41,469 nt of DNA from Cytophagaceae bacterium (GTDB lineage: Bacteria; Bacteroidota; Bacteroidia; Cytophagales; Cytophagaceae), in assembly GCA_036386935.1 (NCBI GenBank), contig DASVUU010000011.1, forward strand, positions 1 through 41,469, given 5' to 3'. A program made the translations under genes and the position numbers. Positions 35,594 through 41,469 of this stretch are shown here, one piece after another. The notes under the pieces were generated by a model. It did no database searches. It had not been told where the DNA came from and saw nothing but the letters and a program-made list of their open reading frames with translations. The number at the start of each line of letters is the position of its first letter. Position 1 is the stretch's first letter.

Positions 35594-36199
35594 ATGGCTT
35601 TTGAATTACCCGCTCTTCCTTATGCATCGGATGCATTGGAACCACATTTTGATAAGGCAACTATGGAGATACACCATGGAAAGCATCACAACGCATATGT
35701 GACTAACCTGAACAAAGCGTTAGAAAATTCTGAATTGGCCTCAAAGTCAATTGAAGACTTAATGAAAAACATCAGCACTGCAGCTCCTGCTGTGAGAAAC
35801 AATGGCGGTGGTCACTACAATCACTCTTTGTTCTGGACAATACTTTCTCCAAAAGGACAAGGAAAACCATCTGGAGAATTAGCCTCTGCGATAGATCAAA
35901 AATTTGGCTCGTTTGAGAAATTCAAAGAAGAGTTTAGCAATGCAGGAACAACCAGATTCGGTTCTGGCTGGGCATGGTTGATTGTGAGCAACGGAAACCT
36001 TGAAATTACTTCTACTCCAAACCAAGACAATCCTTTGATGGATGTTGCCGACAAAAAAGGGACACCAATATTGGGATTAGATGTTTGGGAACATGCCTAT
36101 TACCTAAAATACCAAAATAGAAGACCTGATTATATCGCTGCGTTTTGGAATGTAGTAGATTGGGATGCTGTATCAGCAAGATATTCAGCAGCAAAATAA
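35594..36199 (+). CDS. sodA: Superoxide dismutase, Fe/Mn family (Mn-type signature)
   Basis: [36 protein letters not shown] and [19 protein letters not shown]. The GGH.NH and NQD residues favour the Mn type, but metal specificity is not certain. Confidence 0.93.
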   Translation: MAFELPALPYASDALEPHFDKATMEIHHGKHHNAYVTNLNKALENSELASKSIEDLMKNISTAAPAVRNNGGGHYNHSLFWTILSPKGQGKPSGELASAIDQKFGSFEKFKEEFSNAGTTRFGSGWAWLIVSNGNLEITSTPNQDNPLMDVADKKGTPILGLDVWEHAYYLKYQNRRPDYIAAFWNVVDWDAVSARYSAAK

Positions 36200-36205
36200 A
36201 TAATT

Positions 36206-36236
36206 AAAAAGCCTTCTAAATTTTAGAAGGCTTTTT
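36206..36236. terminator. Bidirectional rho-independent terminator shared by sodA and rbfA
   Basis: aaaaagccttcta-aatt-tagaaggcttttt, with symmetric A/T runs on both sides, between convergent genes. Confidence 0.75.
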
Positions 36237-36238
36237 AA

Positions 36239-36616
36239 TTATTCTGTATCCTCAGTCTTATCCTCCTTGGGAATATCAATTTTGGAAAATATTTTATCTA
36301 TATTATCCGCGTAGTCGACGTTGTCATCAAGATAAAAATTCAACTCCGGGATGATCCTTGCCTGATTTCTTATCTTTTCTGAAAGCATCCTTCTTATAAC
36401 CTTTTTTTCTGAGTTGATATGATCTAACATAGCGGCTTTGTCATTAACCATGAGAAAACTTAGATAGACTTTCGCTAAGCCCAAATCCGGACTCACTCTG
36501 ACCGTAGTAACGGTGATGAATGCTCCATTCAACAAATGTCTCGCATCTCGTTGTAAAATTTCGCTAAGGTCTTTTTGAATCAACCTCGAGTATTTTTGTT
36601 GTCTTGTGCTATCCAT
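36239..36616 (-). CDS. rbfA: Ribosome-binding factor A
   Basis: RQQKYSRLIQKDLSEIL...ITVTTVRVSPDLGLAKVYLS...IRNQARIIPELNFYLDD. Confidence 0.9.
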   Translation of the reverse strand: MDSTRQQKYSRLIQKDLSEILQRDARHLLNGAFITVTTVRVSPDLGLAKVYLSFLMVNDKAAMLDHINSEKKVIRRMLSEKIRNQARIIPELNFYLDDNVDYADNIDKIFSKIDIPKEDKTEDTE

Positions 36617-36789
36617 TAGATATATTTAACTTTTATTAAAATTTTGCCTTACCTCGCTGAACTAATCTCATCAAGAGCATTATTAAAAAACTTTGAGAGT
36701 AAAATTGAGTATTGCAAAGTTAAACCAGTTTTGGAAATAAACTTCTTGCCGGACGAATGGTTTCAAACAATAAACAGCTGGGTAAAATA

Positions 36790-36978
36790 AATCGTGATTG
36801 AAGGTATCTGGAATGAGATTGATCATCTGAACGAAGAATATAAATCTCTTGGTATCCCCGACAACGTCGATTATTCCAAGTTTAACAATAATTCATTATT
36901 ACATCCTCTACCATAATTGAGGGCGGTACCTTTTTGGAAAAGTTGGAGGCCAATACTTCAAACAGAAATAGATAAATA
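36790..36978 (+). pseudogene. Possible short relic of a Fic/DOC-family gene N-terminus (tentative)
   Basis: Reads VIEGIWNEIDHLNEEYKSLGIPDNVDYSKFNNNS. After a 1-nt frame change it reads IITSSTIIEGGTFLEKLEAN, resembling the ...fN..S..hS..IEG.TLT..E segment of Fic N-terminal regions. It is stop-interrupted and has no downstream Fic core. Confidence 0.3.
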
Positions 36979-37038
36979 TAAAAGCATGCTGAAAGGCACT
37001 TTCTTAAGTTTTTAGTTTAACAGAAAAAATTAAATATT

Positions 37039-38463
37039 TTGATATCATTTTTTAAAATATTCGACCCTTTTAGAATCATTCCTTTGTTGATTCTTTTTTT
37101 AGCATTGAGGCTTCCGATGATCATTTTTGGCTACCCTCTTCTAGTTCCCGAGCTGAACTGGATGCTTGTTGGAGAGAAAATGGGAGAAGGGTTGCTATAT
37201 TCAAACGTCTGGACTACACTTGAACCACTTTCAGCAGGCGTTTATTATTTCTTAGAGTCCGTTTTCAACAGATCTGTGCTGCCATATCAAATCATGGCCT
37301 TGATTCTCACCTTCAGCCAGGCGATGATCTTGAATCTTATTCTACATTTTCACAATTCATACAGCGACAGAACATACATACCTTCGTTGTTGTACTTGCT
37401 CTTCTCTTCTTTGTTCTTTGATTTTTATACGCTATCACCTGTTTTAATGGGAGTAACCTTTCTCCTCCCTGCTTTAAGTCTGTTGATCGGTCAGAATAAG
37501 TCTAAGAATTTAGAATCTATCTTTTATGTAGGTCTTTTGATTGGCGTCGCATCCTTATTTTATCTCCCATTGGCTATGTTTTTGGTAATGGTGATCTTAA
37601 GTTTTGTGTTAATTTTTAGCTCCTCACTTAGGCTGTACCTTATTCTTATCATGGGATTTACTTTGCCATTTAGTTTTGTGCTGGTTTACTTTTTATATCA
37701 AAATGGACTACAGGAATTTTATTCCAATTTCATCTATTCGTTTTTCACCTATCCTTTGCATAGCCACATGAGCTTTAAGGATTTTGCAATTATTCTTATA
37801 ATCCCTGCAATACTTCTGATATTCTCCATTCTGTTTGTATTCAATACACCCAAGTATGTCAACAACCAATATCTGATTTTTAGATTAATGGGGTTATGGC
37901 TAGTGGCTGCATCCTTGAGTTTGTTTTTTAGTAAGCATCTATATCCTCATCAATTCTATGTTTTTGTTCCAGCCTTAGCGTATTTTGGAACCCACTTTTT
38001 TTTATTGTTAAAAAAGAAATTATTAAGAGAAGTCTTCTTTCTGATTGGGTTAGCCAGCATTGTGTTGGTTAGCTATGGAAGTGTTTACAAATATTTCTTA
38101 AAGAAACACCCAATGAATCTGTCCGACATGATCATTCCGACGCCGAAAAAAGGTGAAGGCGAAATCGAGAATAGAAAGACAATGTTATTAGGTGAGGACA
38201 TCTCGGTATTAAAAAATGCCAAATTAGCGACGCCTTACCTTGATTGGGAGTTGTCGCGAAGGCACTTTGAGAACCTAGACAATTACTACAATATTTCTAA
38301 GGTGTTCGAAAATATTCAAAAGGACAAGCCCGAGATAATCATAGATCAGAAGGAATTGGCTGAATATTTATTTTATAGAATTCCAAGCTTAAAGGAGGAC
38401 TATGTAAATGTGACCAAAAATAAATATGTGAGAAAAGACCTCTACAAAGCAGAGGTTGAGTGA
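37039..38463 (+). CDS. Polytopic inner-membrane protein (~11-12 TM, GT-C-like layout) with a soluble C-terminal ~110 aa. Family unassigned.
   Basis: Hydrophobic helices run continuously to about aa 350, followed by a charged soluble tail. The annotated start is TTG and the first ATG is at codon 27, so the start is uncertain. Confidence 0.7.
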   Translation: MISFFKIFDPFRIIPLLILFLALRLPMIIFGYPLLVPELNWMLVGEKMGEGLLYSNVWTTLEPLSAGVYYFLESVFNRSVLPYQIMALILTFSQAMILNLILHFHNSYSDRTYIPSLLYLLFSSLFFDFYTLSPVLMGVTFLLPALSLLIGQNKSKNLESIFYVGLLIGVASLFYLPLAMFLVMVILSFVLIFSSSLRLYLILIMGFTLPFSFVLVYFLYQNGLQEFYSNFIYSFFTYPLHSHMSFKDFAIILIIPAILLIFSILFVFNTPKYVNNQYLIFRLMGLWLVAASLSLFFSKHLYPHQFYVFVPALAYFGTHFFLLLKKKLLREVFFLIGLASIVLVSYGSVYKYFLKKHPMNLSDMIIPTPKKGEGEIENRKTMLLGEDISVLKNAKLATPYLDWELSRRHFENLDNYYNISKVFENIQKDKPEIIIDQKELAEYLFYRIPSLKEDYVNVTKNKYVRKDLYKAEVE

Positions 38464-38546
38464 GACCTAGATTGAAATGCAGAAATAAAAATATTTCACT
38501 TTTTGGGAGAAATGCAATAAGGTATTTTATTGACTAATCTCTTACT

Positions 38547-38981
38547 TTAGCAATTAATCTTGCCAACTCTATTTGCATGTCTTCCACCTTCGAACGGAGT
38601 ATTAATAAAGGTTTCGGCGAATTGTAACGCGTCGTCTTTAGAGACAAATCTTGCTGGTATACAAAGAATATTTGCGTCGTTGTGCTGTCTTGCCAAGCCT
38701 GCCAACTCATTGTTCCAACACAATGCAGCGCGGACACCGGCATGTTTGTTGGCTGTGATTGCCACGCCGTTTCCGCTACCACATATCAAAATTCCGAAAT
38801 CACTTTCCTTAGAAGTTACGGCTTGTGCGATCGGGTGTGCAAAGTCAGGGTAGTCGACAGCATCATTTGTGAAAGGCCCGAAGTCCTTCACATTATAGCC
38901 CTTAGCTGTAAGAAATTCTACAATTGCTTTCTTGTAAACTGGACTGGCGTGGTCGCCACCTATGGCAATATTAAAGCTCAT
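38547..38981 (-). CDS. rpiB: Ribose-5-phosphate isomerase B
   Basis: IAIGGDHAS, ILICGSGNGVAITANKHAGVRAALCWN, ARQHNDANILCIPARF, and GGRHANRVGKI at the C-terminus. Confidence 0.93.
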   Translation of the reverse strand: MSFNIAIGGDHASPVYKKAIVEFLTAKGYNVKDFGPFTNDAVDYPDFAHPIAQAVTSKESDFGILICGSGNGVAITANKHAGVRAALCWNNELAGLARQHNDANILCIPARFVSKDDALQFAETFINTPFEGGRHANRVGKINC

Positions 38982-38993
38982 GATACCTATATC

Positions 38994-39803
38994 TTAAGGA
39001 ATTAAACTATCTAATCTTTCTTTTTCTTTCGCTTTATATACAGAAGCCGAAATGAAAATACTTATTTCGTACAGAATTATCAATGGAATGGCAACGACTA
39101 TTTGGGTAAAAAAGTCTGGCGATGGCGTGATGACGGCCGCTACTATGAATATGACAACGATGGAATGGCGTCTAAAATTCCTCATCAAAGAGGGCGTGAC
39201 AATTCCGATTTTGGAAAGGACAAATATCAGTACCGGAAGTTGAAACATTAGTCCGCTACCTAAAATTAGTCCGCAAAATAGAGAGATATAATTTGTAACG
39301 TCTATAATATTGGGGATGCTTTCATCTATCTTATAATTTATTAAAAAGTTGAATGAAAGAGGGGTAATCACATAAAATCCAAAAAGGATACCTAGGATAA
39401 AAAGGATGCTCACAAAAAACACTGCCCCACTTGCCCCTTTTAGTTCATTGGGATAAAGCCCTGGCTTAATGAATTTCCAAAGCTCCCAGAATGTATAAGG
39501 AAAGGCAAAAACGAAACCAAAGACGAATGCAGACTTCAAGTGCATCATGAATTGACCAGTCATCGTTCGATTTTGAAGGTCGATCTTTATCTCTTTGATG
39601 CACATGTCCGGCCCCATTTTACACATCATTTTGTAAGTCCAGAAATCCGGCCTCATGGGTGCAAGTAGGATCTCATGGAAAATGAAATCCATACTTACAA
39701 AACCTATAATAGTAAATACCGCAATTGATAGTACCGATCTTACTATATGCCACCTGAGTACCTCCAAGTGGTCTATAAACGACATTTCTTTAGTCTCTTC
39801 CAC
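38994..39803 (-). CDS. tatC: Twin-arginine translocase subunit TatC
   Basis: MSFIDHLEVLRWHIVRS N-terminus, six TM segments, and the FQLPVLIFVLSKIGIVT block. Confidence 0.93.
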   Translation of the reverse strand: MEETKEMSFIDHLEVLRWHIVRSVLSIAVFTIIGFVSMDFIFHEILLAPMRPDFWTYKMMCKMGPDMCIKEIKIDLQNRTMTGQFMMHLKSAFVFGFVFAFPYTFWELWKFIKPGLYPNELKGASGAVFFVSILFILGILFGFYVITPLSFNFLINYKIDESIPNIIDVTNYISLFCGLILGSGLMFQLPVLIFVLSKIGIVTPSLMRNFRRHSIVVIFIVAAVITPSPDFFTQIVVAIPLIILYEISIFISASVYKAKEKERLDSLIP

Positions 39804-39855
39804 CTTGTCCGTCTCTAATTTTTGAATAAAAGTTAATATTTCTTAAAAACCTTTC

Positions 39856-41142
39856 CTACTTGTAAAGAGGGAAGTCTTTCATCCATACGTTTACTTCTTC
39901 CTTGATGGATTGCACCTTCGCTATATTTTCATGATTCATAAGAACACTATCGATCAACTCTACAATTCTCAGCATATCATTCTCCTTCATGCCTCTTGTA
40001 GTGATTGCGGCAGTTCCAACACGCATTCCTGAGGTGACAAACGGTGATTTGTCGTCGAATGGAACCATGTTTTTGTTTATGGTAATGTCTGCTTGGATCA
40101 AAACGTTCTCTGCGATCTTACCTGTAAGATTTTTAGAGCGAAGATCTATCAACATCAAATGATTGTCTGTACCTCCAGAGATAATTTGATACCCTTTGTC
40201 TAAAAATGCTTTGGCCATCACCGCAGCATTTTTCTTTACTTGAACTACATAATCAGTATAGTCATCTGACAGACATTCGTAGAAAGCAACTGCTTTCGCC
40301 GCGATCACATGCTCTAAAGGTCCGCCTTGTGTGCCAGGGAATACGCCCATGTCCAATAAGTTAGACATCATTCTAGTTTCACCTTTAGGGGTTTTGGCTC
40401 CAAAAGGATTCTCAAAGTCATTCCCCATCATAATTAACCCACCTCTTGGTCCACGCAATGTTTTATGTGTTGTGGTTGTAACGATGTGACAGTGTTGTAA
40501 TGGATCGTTTAATAAACCTTTCGCAATAAGTCCTGCAGGATGCGAGATATCCGCTAAAAGCAGCGCTCCGATTGGGTCCGCAATTTGACGAAGGTGTTTG
40601 TAGTCCCAATCCCTTGAATAGGCAGAGGCTCCGCAGATGATCATCTTTGGTTTTTCTTTCTTAGCAATAGACTCAACCTTATTCCAATCGATAAGACCAG
40701 TTTCTTTTTCTACACCATAGAAAAATGGTTGATATATTTTTCCCGAATAATTTACCGGTGACCCATGGGTAAGGTGACCACCATGTGAAAGGTCAAACCC
40801 TAATATTTTATCACCAGGATTCAAACAAGCAAGCATTACCGCTGCATTTGCCTGTGCGCCAGAGTGCGGTTGCACATTTGCCCACTCCGCGCGGAACAGT
40901 TCTTTTGCTCTATCGATAGCGAGTTGCTCCGACTCATCTACGATTTCGCAACCTCCATAATATCTTTTTCCAGGAAGGCCTTCTGCATATTTATTTGTCA
41001 TCACACTTCCCATCGCTTCCATCACTTGTAAAGAAGTAAAGTTTTCTGATGCGATCAATTCAATGCCATGTTCCTGTCTTTCTTTTTCTCGTTGGATAAG
41101 ATCAAAAATTTGAGTGTCTCGGGAAGTGGTTTTAATGTTCAT
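39856..41142 (-). CDS. glyA: Serine hydroxymethyltransferase
   Basis: [21 protein letters not shown], and [14 protein letters not shown] containing the PLP lysine. Confidence 0.97.
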   Translation of the reverse strand: MNIKTTSRDTQIFDLIQREKERQEHGIELIASENFTSLQVMEAMGSVMTNKYAEGLPGKRYYGGCEIVDESEQLAIDRAKELFRAEWANVQPHSGAQANAAVMLACLNPGDKILGFDLSHGGHLTHGSPVNYSGKIYQPFFYGVEKETGLIDWNKVESIAKKEKPKMIICGASAYSRDWDYKHLRQIADPIGALLLADISHPAGLIAKGLLNDPLQHCHIVTTTTHKTLRGPRGGLIMMGNDFENPFGAKTPKGETRMMSNLLDMGVFPGTQGGPLEHVIAAKAVAFYECLSDDYTDYVVQVKKNAAVMAKAFLDKGYQIISGGTDNHLMLIDLRSKNLTGKIAENVLIQADITINKNMVPFDDKSPFVTSGMRVGTAAITTRGMKENDMLRIVELIDSVLMNHENIAKVQSIKEEVNVWMKDFPLYK

Positions 41143-41210
41143 TAATGGTAAATTTTAGATAAGACGATATGTATGCAGACTAAGCCTAATTGGGCATATA
41201 ATTCCTATAT

Positions 41211-41218
41211 CAAAATTA
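41211..41218 (-). promoter_or_regulatory. Candidate -7 promoter box (TAATTTTG) upstream of glyA
   Basis: Exact TAnnTTTG match on the minus strand, ~68 nt upstream of the glyA ATG. Motif match only. Confidence 0.3.
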
Positions 41219-41469
41219 CTTTAAGTTCAGGTAGGGAACAAAAGAATTTTTGGGTGCAGAGAGAATAATGGGGTATAAAGAATAACACCGAAACAAGGGT
41301 TGCCTTTTTAAATTGATCGAGTGTTGGCGATCAATTTAAAATGATGGAGATTTGAGGTCAAAATGACTGTGAAATTTAAAATGGGGCATTCGCTGTATTT
41401 TAAACTAAAGAACAGTCGCAAATCATAATTTCAGTAATGAATATTACATCATTAAAAAGAATATCTGTC

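Noticed and set aside
41309-41338. Perfect 11-bp hairpin (taaattgatcg-N8-cgatcaattta) upstream of glyA
   Set aside because: No U-tract follows it on either strand, and it lies upstream of the candidate glyA -7 box, so it fits neither a terminator nor a leader structure. Its function is unknown and it was not promoted to a feature.
41143-41469. Looked for a ZTP/THF-type riboswitch or other leader RNA in front of glyA
   Set aside because: I could not recognise any of the conserved sequence blocks by eye on the minus strand. This absence is not proven without a covariance-model scan.
41437-41469. ATG at 41437 opening a plus-strand frame (MNITSLKRISV...) that runs off the window
   Set aside because: Only 11 codons are visible, which is not enough to support a CDS call.
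1-41469. Scanned for CRISPR arrays, tRNA/rRNA/tmRNA genes, IS elements, integrases, phage genes and classical defence-system components (nucleases, helicases, methyltransferases, toxin-antitoxin pairs)
   Set aside because: I found no spaced direct repeats and no tRNA-like T-arm/acceptor pattern. No ORF carried transposase, recombinase, nuclease or ATPase motifs. The only tandem repeat is the in-frame coding repeat at 15352-15954.

Overview
This 41.5-kb window looks like a Bacteroidota chromosome. It is AT-rich and carries T9SS C-terminal sorting domains, a PorP/SprF gene, two TonB-dependent receptor + DUF4249 lipoprotein pairs, a long type-2 IleS, and TAnnTTTG-like -7 boxes. I saw no rRNA, tRNA, CRISPR array, transposase or integrase.

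The left ~24 kb is envelope and accessory content:
- a PorP/SprF (5'-truncated) + TPR/TolB-like/OmpA pair, then nhaA;
- two T9SS-secreted proteins, one with Asp-box motifs and one CBM9-like;
- two paralogous TonB-receptor/DUF4249 modules separated by a decayed RluA-family pseudouridine synthase gene and a small orphan ORF;
- a large secreted CAP-domain protein, an unassignable 184-aa ORF, and tandem SRPBCC genes, one of them decayed.

The right ~17 kb is housekeeping:
- lspA, ileS, an MMPL/RND-type transporter, an M90 peptidase and a PspC-domain protein;
- an AraC-VOC-DinB-like trio divergent from Mn-type SOD;
- rbfA, a polytopic membrane protein, rpiB, tatC and glyA.

The best candidate for something undescribed is the minus-strand operon at 11586-18430: ECF sigma -> FecR -> 618-aa protein -> TonB-dependent receptor -> DUF4249. 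The STN signalling domain normally sits on the receptor. Here it is carried by a separate outer-membrane protein built as STN, charged/coiled linker, about 12 tandem 16-residue GxQxAGIxN repeats, and a C-terminal beta-barrel. The adjacent receptor lacks STN, while its paralogue at 7371-9932 keeps a fused STN but has no sigma/anti-sigma pair.

All family assignments come from motifs read by eye in the translations. No database search was run.
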